A DNA stretch of 64,000 nucleotides. It comes from the human T2T-CHM13v2.0 reference genome, Homo sapiens. Shown here piece by piece: positions 40,168-52,830 of the stretch. Each line of letters starts with the position of its first letter. Position 1 is the first letter of the stretch. The notes below the pieces were generated by a model. That model was not told where the DNA came from and did not search any database. It saw only the letters and a program-made list of their open reading frames with translations. The stretch lies in assembly GCF_009914755.1 (NCBI RefSeq), contig NC_060934.1. The stretch is one strand, 5' to 3'. The translations under genes were made by a program, and so were the position numbers.

Positions 40168-43100
40168 TGCTCCCGACTTCAGCTAGAAGGTGGAAAGGAT
40201 GAATGTAGAGATAATGGCGGGAATGGAGGAGGTGGTGACGGGGTGGCTTTTTCCTTTCTTTCTTTTTTCTCTCCTGTCTGAAAGATGTCTGAGTTTCTCA
40301 CTCAAACATTGAGAAAGAAACGTGAGGCCAGAGCACTTGACCACTGTCCGCTTTGACTGACAGCCTGGTTGATGTGACATCCATCACGGACCCGCACTGA
40401 AGGGCACTTCACAAATCTGAAGGGATTCGCATCCCATCTCGGCATGCACTTTGGAATCCAGCCCATCTCAAATCCATTAAGCCCTACCTAGAATACAGAC
40501 ATAGGAGAGAAGGGAAATACACTCACACCAAACTAGTCTTGCAGTTCAAGTTTCTCTCTAAGAAAAAGCAAGTAAGAATGAGCCTGCTAAGTAAGGGTGT
40601 GGGTGATCTTTGATGTTCTCCGGAGACCCCTGGTTCCTGTGAACAGGACTGAACAAATAAATAATGAATTTGAAAAGTAAGCGGAAAAGCAAAATTTATA
40701 TTCCTGTCGCCAAGGCAGTATCTTATAATTCAGGGATATTTCTGGGCTAGATAGAGTTGTATGGGTGCCTGGTCCGGTTCTGTCACTTTCCAAAAGCCAG
40801 TTGGAACCTTATTTTTCTCCGCTGTAAAATGAAAGAATTTACCTAAAATGAGGTTCTTTAAATTCTTTCTCAGCTTGAGAATCCTCCAATACAGTTAAAG
40901 AAATACTTACAAAGAAAAGTTTACCATTCTGTATTGAAGCGTACTAGGCAGTACAGCAAATCACAGAGAATCCTTATAGGACAGTATAAGCAATTCATTG
41001 TTTAGGAAGTCAAGAATAAAAACTGTTTCAGGCTTCATCTTTGGCTTGGACCAAAAAAAAAAAAAAAATGTAACCTGAGGCTAAAAAACAAAATTTGGAC
41101 TGCTAAGAAGATTTAGCAGTTTATTTGGGGGCTGGGGAGGAGAGGGGTTGTTGGAGTAAGGAAATATTTACCATGGAGTTTGACCTCTCATATTTATAAT
41201 ACATTTCTGTTTGATTGAAATACAATGTGTATAGAGGTAGGAGCCAAAAAAGGGAGCTCCCAATAAAGGGGGCTAGTGAGCCCACCCTCCAATCTGAGAA
41301 TCTTTCTGTCAGTTGGTACTCACTTGTTACTACCCCCAATCCAAAAAAATAGGAAATTAAAAGGCATTGACATCTAAGCAAAAGTACATTGTCTGTTTCC
41401 TTTCCAGGATTCACATAATGGAAATATTCCCTGCCAGATAATGTTTAATCTGTTAGCCTAATATTTCTTTCATGTGGAAAGGACTGAATGGCCCACTCAG
41501 TCTGGATAGAGCCACAACGCCTGTAACCTGAGTGTGGGGTCCAGGACCCAAGATGGGAGAGTAGAGAATGTCACTAAGGATCTGCTCAAAGATGCAGTAA
41601 TTTCTCAGACTTGGACCAGCTTTTCCATTTTCCACTGACAGATTATATGACAGACTATATGAGGAACTTGCCCTGCATTTTTTTCTCCTCTCTTTCCTTC
41701 CCCACCTCCCCTTCTTCTTCTAAGATGACAAGCCTCATTTCAGCTGCCCTGGGAGCCCAGGGTATGTTTTCTTGAGGCTCTGGTTTGTCACACGACAATG
41801 AGCCTGCCCACTCTGTGAGTACCTGTGTAGCCTCCCTGGTCTGGGAGGCTAGCCCCACAGCCTTGCCTGCTGATCACCTTCACGACAAATTTTGCCAGTA
41901 TCCCTTCCCTGCTGACTGACTTCCTTCCCCTGTTTTTCCTTCCCTACAAACAAGTGGGTGAGACTTGACAAGGCCCAGCATTTGTCTGAGCAGGCTGTAT
42001 AATCTGTCCTCTCCCAGTGGAAAGCTGCACTGGACGGGTCTGAGCATTGGAGTCAAATGCCCTCTTGTCAAAAGGATAGGTTGCCTGGCATTTTTGCTAG
42101 CTTTCTTTCCAGGTATGGTGCATCCTAACCCTTGAATTGGTGCTCCACACTCTAATATTTTGTCTGGCATTTGGTAGAAGACAGCATATCAGAACCCCAC
42201 AGTTTAGACCCTATCATGCACTTGGTATTCACCTTTGTCCTTCATACTCTTTGTGCTAAGAAATGAATAAAAACTAGTGTTTACTCTACTTTATGATAAC
42301 AATGTTGGTAGAAATAATCAACCTGGGAAAAAAAGGACAGCAACTAATCCTGCACGTAATATAATTTATGATGAATGAAAAACTGACCAAAGATTTATAT
42401 CTTGTTGATATATTGAAAACCACACAAATACATGGGGAGGAATTAACCTTGGTAGAAATAATGAAAACAAAATAAAATTGAAATGAGCTAAAACTACACA
42501 CAATAAAATTTGTTGACTAAAGTTTAAGAGCAGACTCAAGTCTTCTTGTCGCAATTTAGATCTGCAATATTTTACTCAAGAAAATGGGACTTTGTAAAAA
42601 TAAATGACTCTAAAAGAGATTTAGAAGATGTAATCAGCACAATTTAATATTTGGCCAGAGCTGATTGAGGAATTTAACCTTACTGTAAAAATTACGTGAT
42701 AAAGAATTGATCCCATTGAAAATAAACTCAATAAAATAGAAATGAAAATGTTAAAAATAGAAATGGTTTTTTGTATTTAAAAATTGATTAAGGAATTAAA
42801 TTGGCTAAATGGAGTTTGCTGTGAATAATTAATGCTTTCTCAAAGACAAATTACCAGACTAGTTTACATGTTTGTATTTATAAACCTGAAGTCAAAGCAT
42901 TCCTGGACTCAAATTTGGAGAATTCAAATGTCTACCAATGCAAGACATCAGGGTCAGTGTAGCAGGGTAGGAATACCCCTTGTGGTGTTGTTTTTGTACA
43001 GTGAAGGTGAAACAGGAAGCATGGTTTGAAGTGGTCACTGCGGTATTTAGCAAGGACAGTGTGCAGTATCCCCGCCCCCAACCCCCCACCCCCGGCCCCC

Positions 43101-44073
43101 ATGGTGCAAGAGCCCTAACAGAGGTTTTGGGGGTTATAGCATGCACTGTTGCGATGCAGTACCCCATTCCCACCCAATATGCAGATGATAAACCGAGACA
43201 CTTGCCTGAAGTCCTGCTCAGCTAGGTTGGGAAACAAGTCTCACACTTTTTTTTTCCTTCTCCACCCTCCCCTGGGTAAGGTGTAGAGCCTTTCTTCATT
43301 TCATCTCCAACCTAAGGCATCTCAGATGTGCGGCAGATGAAGGGAAAATATACTGGGTGGAGAAGAAGGTCTTTGTCCTCCTTCCTCAAAAACTGCTTCC
43401 ACACAATCCCTTCCCCTAAGACCTTTTAAAGTCTCTCTTCTTTATTCTGTCCTAGTATTTAAGTAGCTTACACTGAAGTAGGATGTTGTGCTAGGAGCCT
43501 GTCATTTCTCAGGCTCCACTAAATCCTGTGTGATAGCCACAGCAGAGCTGATAGCACATCACATGGGCTGACCTCAGGGTATTGCTCCAGCTACTTCTCA
43601 AGATCATAAAACATGGGTGTTTATTCCTTTCCAGTTCCCCATGTATTCACGGCCTGCACTTAACAAAGACTGAGGAATGTGCTTTCTGGGGAATGTCCCT
43701 TCCCACTGTATGATGTTTACAGCTCTTTAGGCCAGATGATAATGTTCACTGCACTTCTCTCTTTTCAACTAGATGTTGTGATTGCTTTGTTTTTGTGGGA
43801 GGAAAGTGTTTGGGGTAAAAACACCACCACGATTTAGGAACTGTGGCTGTTGCCTCCTATTACTCTTTGTTGTTCAATGGGGCAAATATTTAATCCGTAT
43901 ATATTTTCAGAGTGTTTCAAATGTCTGAAGTCATACCAGAGGTTAAAAGATGAGTGTCCAGCAATTGACATTCCTTACTTTGTGGATTCTGTGTAAATTT
44001 TATGTACATGATTATTTTAATGGTATTAATTTATTTAACAAATATTTATTGAACATCTCATCTGTACCAAGTG

Positions 44074-44281
44074 CAGATGCTCTCCAACTTACGAAGGTTC
44101 AACCTATAATTGTTTAACCTTACAAAGCCGTACACATTTGATAGAAGATGTAACCCCATTGTAAGTTGAAGGGCTTACAACTTCAGATAGTTTCAAGTAA
44201 TGATGCATTTTTGATTTACAATAATTTCAACTTACAATAGGTTTATTGGGATGTAGCTCCATGGTAAACAAGATGCTTCTG
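44074..44281. mobile_element. MER47 (Tigger5-derived) inserted in an L2 fragment
   Basis: cagatgctctccaacttacga start, internal gatgtaaccccattgtaagttgaa, end gatgcttctg plus TA. Confidence 0.7.
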
Positions 44282-45169
44282 TATGGTTTTAGGTACCGGG
44301 TGTTAGAAATTGGGGAGGAGGGAGAATATTATAGGGGATGACACATTTATGGACATGTATAGAGTCCCATGGAAACATTGTTCTAGAGCCTTCTGCAGTG
44401 GACCAAGACGCTCCTGATCACCTTTTCCTCTCTGTCACTGGGCCCATCTACCTCTTCACAACATTGTTATCACCTTTTGCAGGGGTCAGGAGGTACCTAG
44501 TTCCTTCGTTTCTCATACAGATGAGAGAACAGGAGTTCTGTGGGGGAACCCTTCATCCCCTGCCTCCATCCTAGGGGTAATTATAAACTCCTAGTATCAC
44601 AATGGGATCAAGATATGTTTGTGATTTCATAGCTACATTTATAAACTCATATGAAATGCATTTAAAATAATGATCCCTAAAGTGATGACTACCAAAACTA
44701 ACAATAGTGATAATTATTCTATTTTACAAATATAAATGTGTTGGTCCAACCTGCACTCCAATGTCAAATGCATTTTTGTATTTTTATATGCAGATTGTTT
44801 TTCACCACTAAAATATTAATGACAGACCACTTGCTTTGATGGCTGGGCTTTAGTTCTGTTGAATACGGAGTTATGAGACTTGGGCTTATGCCAAAGCCAG
44901 TGGGATACAGCTTAGTTAGTGGTCAGCACTTCTAGCTGTATGAAATGCAGATTGCAGGAAAGTTAATGAAAACCCTTTCCTCAAGGATTTTGGGGTCCCC
45001 CAGAGGCCCCCTTCTATCCAGGTTATACTGTGGGGTTACAGGCTGGATGGGTTTCAAGGGCTGACTTAGTCCAAATCAATTTTTTTATTGACTGACCTGT
45101 TGAATTTGTCTCCTGCATCAGGCAATATTGGACCTGGTGTTCTCATCTTCATAAGGAAAACATTGGAAA

Positions 45170-45335
45170 ATGCCAAATCACCTATTTCAGAGCTAAAATG
45201 AACCTCTGAGATTATCTGGCCCCTTGCCCTTGTTTTACAAATGGGGAAACCTGCCCAGTGAGAGAAAGGGATGTGTACATGGTCACATGACTGTTGGGGC
45301 AGGGCTGGATCTAAATGCAGGTCTTCCCCCACTTC
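45170..45335 (-). mobile_element. MIR
   Basis: gttttacaaatggggaaac..ggtcacatga..ggcagggctggatctaaatgcaggtct. Confidence 0.7.
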
Positions 45336-48300
45336 CCCTTACTAAATAGACTATTGAACTGCAGCTGGAAGTGTGAGGCCATCCAGGAATCAGGGAGTCC
45401 AGGATGCTGGATGAATGGATGTGCAAGAATTCCCTTCCCTGGACTGGGCTCTCAGGGCCTCCCCCAGCAAAATCTCTGGTACTGACCCTGCAGTCCCAGC
45501 CTCACATCCAAGAAAGGAGGCTGATTCCCACCCACTTAGGCAGCCCCAAGGTTATAACTTAACCTGCATAATTAGGATGTCCATTCCAGAGGGGAAAAAC
45601 ATGGAAAAGATAAAGGGCCTCTTTAAAACAGATTCTTCCTGATACATTTTTTTCATAATTATAGCTTTAACAGCTTATGGTGATGGGAAAGCTGGCTACT
45701 TAAGAAAAATTAGGAGTCTCATTTGGCAGGAGAGAATTCCCCAGGGGATGTTGCCCTGTCATTTTTCAGGGTCTTTCGAAAAGAAACCCCACACAGACAG
45801 CTGCACGTCAGCCTGACACAGGGCAAGCCTGCTTTACTTACTATGGCCAAAGCCAGATCTTTTAATTAAAAACACTGCATATGCCATTAAATGTGTTGTT
45901 CCCCCTCCAGTCCCAAGAAGTTGTAGTTTGAAGAGATACAAACAAATGAATCCGTTGCAGATGTGTAGAGAAACCATTGCCTACTGAGTCACAAACCAGC
46001 GGGTTCCCAAATTCCAGCCTCGGAGTGCCTCCCCATCAAAATGTTCTTTGCAAGCAAACTGTTCCCTCCGTAATTTTCACAGTTGATGGCAGTTGCCATG
46101 GCGGGAGAAGAAGGGCTGTGGGGAGGACGAGGGAGAGAGAAACACAATGCCACCTCACTTAATTTACGAGCAGAGCCTCATATTTTACAAATAACCTTCA
46201 TGATAAATAAAGGCCTGTGGCCACACATGGGACTGTGCTGTTTCGTGCATGTTTGCTTTTCCTGGTTAATTTTATTTATTTATTTTTGAACACAAAAGTC
46301 ACATATTGGGGGTAATCACATCCCAACTCTGAGCTCTGGGAGGAGACTCACAGAGGCAATTCTCGCTTAATTTCAGCTGCTGGAGATGGTTTGAGTTTGA
46401 CAATTTCAGCCGATTCTTAGCATTGCTAGCCAGAGCACCTTTCTCCCCGGGCGAGCACCAGCAGCTGGATCTCATTTTCAACTGCCAGGCCGTCCCCACG
46501 CCTTCCTGGAGCAGCCCACAGACTGAGTGCCGTCCTTTCTGGGAGTTTATTCAAGGTGACAGCTCCTCACACAATGGCCTTCTGATCACCTCAAGTAGCC
46601 AAGATATCAGTGGGGTCGGGCGTGCTCCTCCTGCAAATTCCAAATTTAGATTGACTGAGGTTATCCTTAGGCCCCTTGACCCCACCACTCCAGCAGAACA
46701 GAACTGCCAGGACCTTTGCAGCCACAGTGAGTTTTGTAATGATGTCTGGGGAGAGATGTTCTGCAGGGGCAGGCAGAGTCGACCCCAAGTGATGGGGAGT
46801 GATGTCAGCTTTCGTTAGAGCCGCAGGCAGCGTTAGAATATCCTTGGCATAATATGGCGCTGGTATCTCTGTCAGTATCTCTGTTTTCTGTCACCGCACA
46901 CAATCCTGGGCCTGTCTGCAACCCTGATGGTGTCTTTTCAGATCAGGCTGTTGCCAGCACAGAGACTAGCTCGGCTCTTCACCACACAGCCCCTTTGTTT
47001 GAAGTCTGCCCTTTTGTCGTTAATGCACTTGATGTCTATTTAAATCTGACAGTGAATGCAGTATCTGTTTTCCTGTCAAGAGATCATTGACAATATTAAT
47101 ACCTCATGTCCTTGCCTCATTTTCCAAGTGCTGACACCTAGCCGCAGTCTCCTGCATTCATCAAACAGCCTTCTCTCACCAGGATGTCTATAAACATTCT
47201 TGCTTCCAGGCCCAAAGAAACAGGGTAGGCCTTAAAAAGGACTTTTATCAATGCCAGCCAGAAAGAAGGCTCGGGAATGTGGCACAGAACACATCCCAGC
47301 CCACGTTCCAGGAGCATCCAGCCTGTTTCTAGGGCGGCACTTGCCATTCAAGTTGCATGTAAGTGAGATCTGGAGTCGAAGTTTACCCTGGAGAAAGGGA
47401 AGAAAAAAAAGCAGTTGAATCCGTGAATGTACTGGAGAGTTTACTGGAGAGAGGGCACTCATGGTGGGTGGTGTGTGTGTGTGTGTGTGTGTGGTGTGTG
47501 TGTGTGTTTGCCTTTCATCCTTTTGCTTAAGAGAAAGATTGTATTCTTTATGACATCCGACAGACCTATCTGTTCCTTTTTATTAAAATTCATGTTATCC
47601 TAGTGCCATAGAAATAAATTAGCATCCTTTGGCCCCATGCTTCCACATTCTTCAGGGTTTATTTGAATCAATTATGTTTAAGGAAGCCCTCTGTGGATAC
47701 CTGGCAGAACTGAGGCACTCCCACCCAGGCCTGTAGTGGATGCTATTCCTGGAGCAGAGCCTGATCAGCCAAGCCCACAGACCAGCAGGATCCTGGCATG
47801 GGTGACAATATTAGTACAATGCTGATGGCTACATAATTCAGCACGATAAAGGAAACAGCTCAATGCCAACAACTAAAAGAATAATTTAGGTCCCAAGAAG
47901 GGTCTCAGTGAGGTTCCATCCAAGCTCAAAGTTTCCAGGCACCAGACCAATACTGAAAACCAGAAATTGGGGATTAGGGGCCAAGGAGAAAGCATGACCA
48001 AGGAGGAGGAATGAGCCACAGTAAACTTACTCATGGGAACATGGCAGGAAGTAAAACTAATAAGAGTGAGCCCAAGGCCAGCTTTGAGGCCGTGGAACAA
48101 TGTCACCCTCTCTCCATTGCCAACTCTGATAGACTATTTGACCCCAGCAATTTCTAGCTTTGTTCCAAGCCATCCAAACCAGGGAGCATCTGCTCTGTCC
48201 TTAAAAGTTTCTAAAAGTCATTTTGATCCTTATGTAAGAATAAGGTTTGAAGTTTTGTAGTGGAGAAACATCTCTTTTACAGTTGCAAAAATATTTACTA

Positions 48301-48586
48301 CTTAGAACTTCTGATGTGAAGAACCTGGTTAATTTCAAGTGCTAATTTATCACAAATTAACCAAAAAAAAAAAAAAAAAAAATGGGCTTGTTGGTTTCAC
48401 ACTATCACACTGATGGAAAAAAAAATCATCATGTCCCTAGGTAGCTATTTTCACAGGCAGATTTGTGGCTATTGAATGACTGTCTTATGGACATTTCCTT
48501 TCTTTGTTTTTTTCTAGTTGTGTACAGTTCAGAGACTCAAGTCCGATTAGCGCTAAGACAACTCTGTCCAACTGAATTTAAAATAG

Positions 48587-49246
<660 letters not shown>

Positions 49247-49714
49247 ATTCATATGGTATTTTGTCAACACCACCTCTCTTCCTTAATCATCCCATATGTG
49301 CTCAATGCCTGGTGCCTGCCAGAATTTGGAATATTCTCTCTGGAAGTCAACAATATTGCTTCTTGATAAAGGGTATCAAAATAGTCACATTCTGGGAAGA
49401 TTGTTCTACATCTTTTACTTGGGCTGGGTTCATCTTTAAACTCTTAATTTTCCATTCTTTGAAACTCTACTAAGGGAAACTGGAGTGAGGAGAGGCTACA
49501 TTCTGGGGAGTAATTGGCCAAATTAGAAAAGTACCTAGCATGTGGAAGAGAAGTCATGCAGAAAGTGATATTCCTAGGAGCCTATACTTGTAGTGACATT
49601 TTATTTCAATGTCAACTCTGAGGTTGACAGAATCTTCTTGTCTGTGAGGACAAAAAGGGAGAGTTCTTCCCTTCTGGAGCTTCATCCACTTTCTGCTGCC
49701 CATTGGATCTATGA

Positions 49715-49882
<168 letters not shown>

Positions 49883-49917
49883 AGCCAACTTCTGTATACC
49901 TTCACCCATTTCATGAA

Positions 49918-49947
49918 AATAAAATCAAAAGGGAAATCAAAAATAAA
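49918..49947 (+). terminator. Proximal poly(A) signals (AATAAA at 49918-49923 and 49942-49947)
   Basis: Two canonical hexamers about 35 and 60 nt after the stop codon. Confidence 0.65.
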
Positions 49948-52741
49948 GAAAACGCTAAAGAAAAAACAATAGCCCACATTGCCTCTCTTTGGGAAAAGCT
50001 ATGACTTCAGCTTTTGGTACCTTCCGCTGACTTTGCCAGGCCTGTCAAGATGATCCTTCTGCCTTAGACTGAGTGGTCACATAGAGATTGACATGATTGC
50101 CCTTAAGCAGGTCTCATCCACCAGGGTGACAGACAGCGGTGGCAAAGCAACAGGGCTGACAGCATGAACACCATGATAGATTGCCTGGTCCTGCCACTGC
50201 TCACAGGGGAGCAGAGGTCACACCTGGGGCCTCCCTGGACATGCTCAGTGGCTGTAGTCAAGTGAGAAAGACTGTCCTCAGCTCGCCTATTGAATTGAAA
50301 TCCCTCTGATACCATCGTGCTGTGGGCTTATTTTTAGTGAAATAGTCACAGTTTAGGGGATGGCCATTCTCCCTCACTCCTTTTAAATCTTAACGTCCTG
50401 TATTCTGCATATACATAGCTCCCGTCTCTTCCCCTCCACCTTCCTTTAGCATCGATTTTATGACAGGTGGTGCATTTCAGTTTGCAGTTTTTCGGAGAAC
50501 AAGGTATAACTTCCCAGCCAGGTCATACATTTATGGCTGGCTTCATGTTGCTACAATCCCTTTATTGGCGTAAATAGCTTTCCCTAAATCCCTGACTACA
50601 AAAGCGTGGACTTTTATCTTGTTTCATTCAACTCTAAATCCACTTCTTGCCCTGAATATGATGCAGTGTAAGGCATAAGGCATCTTTCTCAGCATGAGGG
50701 TTTGGTTGCACCAGGGACTCTTATTTATTAATTTATTTTTAACCGTACACACTTCCAGTGATGCCTGTGGCCATACTTGTGCGTGGGGCTGGCTTGCTCC
50801 TTTGGGTGCTATTTAAAGGGAGTGAGGTGATGAAAGATAGAGTGAAGGGTCAGGAGGTTAAAAAACAAAATTAAGACTGTTGAAAACACCCACCAGACCA
50901 AAGAGTTTTTATAGAAGGCACAAACCTTTTGGATTTTGCATCTTTGTCATGACCTCTCAGAAATCAAATCCACAGGTTGTGAGACAGTGCTCTGTCTTCC
51001 TGTATGCTTGGCTGTGCACTAGCACTAATGTCACAAGGAACATAAGTGTGATCATTGCTAGTTGGGTGACTCAAAGTTTATCTAACTTGCTGGTGCACCA
51101 GTCAAATCACTCTAGAAGATGTTCAAAAGGTTGATTGATTGTTCTTGACACGATAGTGTTTATTTTTCTGCTTCTTCCATTTAGACCAAGTGTTCATTGT
51201 CCTCCCAGTATTAGGTCAGTTTGATGACAGCAAAACCTGAAAGAGAATCCCTCCAAGTTATAGATACTGAGGGACTAGGAGCTGCTATTGTAAAACTATG
51301 GGGACTCAGAATCCCTAAGCTGCCCAAGGAGAACCTACTTTCTCAGCTCTAGCCCGTTTACATAGCCTCTGGCCCACTGAGTCAACACAGGCCTTGAATG
51401 ACATGTAATGAGGCTGGCAGGAGTCCCTGTTTGAGATTACACAACCTTTGTTAATCAGTTCTTTAGACAAGTTAACATTAAAATCCTCAAAACCATGAAA
51501 AATTGGAGAATGTTGAATGTTTGCATTTATCTCTCAAATCCATTAGTAACTGGATTTGAGTACCTTTTCTCTGTTTGATCTACAAAACAGCACTGGAAAA
51601 ATGCTTTAAATTATCTGCATTTGGTCCCACCCTGGGTCATTGTTTAGAAGCATCAACACATGTTTTCTCCCTGGCATAATATGGGCAGCCAGAATTCTGT
51701 GCAAGGGCAGCTAGACGAGTCAGATGTCATATCCAATCTAGCCACACATATATCCTTGTCTTTATAAAAGGCTTTAACCCTGCCTCAAACAATAAAAAAG
51801 CACTTGTGAACTGACCACAGAATTTTTCCATCTTTATTTTTCTTACTTGTTTACTTTTTTTAATGTCAGAACCATTTGTATCATGCGCAGGAATGTCTCC
51901 CTCAATGTGAGCTTTGGAGGCAAAACATATTTTTGGAGTGAGTTATTGACCACATTGTTTCCCTCTCTTTGGGTTGTTTATTTTCTTCCAGAATGGTGTA
52001 ATAACTTTAATTAAGATTAGCTTTAATTATAAATTACCTAAAGGCCATCACTAAGGTATATTCATCTTATTGATAGAATTATAGTCAGCTTTGTTTCTCT
52101 TAAGCAGGGATAGTGATAATGAAGTGCTGGGTTGGTTACAGTTCCACTGTGTGTTAACCAAAATTTGCTGTGCTAGAGCTAGACTTTGGTCTGAATTGGC
52201 AGAGGTAGAACCCATGTTGCATGTTTATCCTAAATCTGTAGGAATTTCCCAAACCTTGTTTTTCAAAGTTGAGAAGTAGAAAGTAATAAATTCAATCAGG
52301 GCCCAGACATGTTTTGTACCCCCTTTACCCTTTGGTCTTTCTTCCTTTTATCCTATTCCACTGAGCTTGTTCTTTGGGGATTGTGGTGCCTGACATCACT
52401 GTCTTTCCTCCCCTAGGACACTGACTTGAGTGGAGAGACCTCGGCAATTCAAGGCTGTCCTGCAGCTCTCTGTTGCCTCAGCAATGTCAGGACGACTGTC
52501 TCTTTCCTAAGTAACATAATTTTAAAGAACAATTTGTTCCTCAGGGAATAATGTCTTGGATTGTGGGGAATCCTATTAAAAGTACAACTATTGCAGTCAT
52601 TTGCTCTTACTTTTACCAGCCTCACTCATAAACCCTCCATCTGTTTGTTGCTTTAAATAGAAGCACATTATAAGAGATTATCACTTGATCAGGCTGCATG
52701 TCTGAGTGTTGTGTGTTTTCACATACTCATGTATACTAAGG

Positions 52742-52830
52742 AATAAAAGAAAGCAAACCACAGATTCTGGATGAAAGGATTTTTCATTTGTTTGTGTGTG
52801 TGTGTGTGTGTGTGTGCATGTGTGTGTTTC
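52742..52830 (+). terminator. Candidate distal poly(A) site of LRMDA (long 3' UTR, ~2.9 kb)
   Basis: TGTA upstream element at ~52730, AATAAA at 52742-52747, then U-rich (tttttcatttgtttg) and GU-rich (TG)n downstream sequence at ~52780-52826. Confidence 0.6.
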
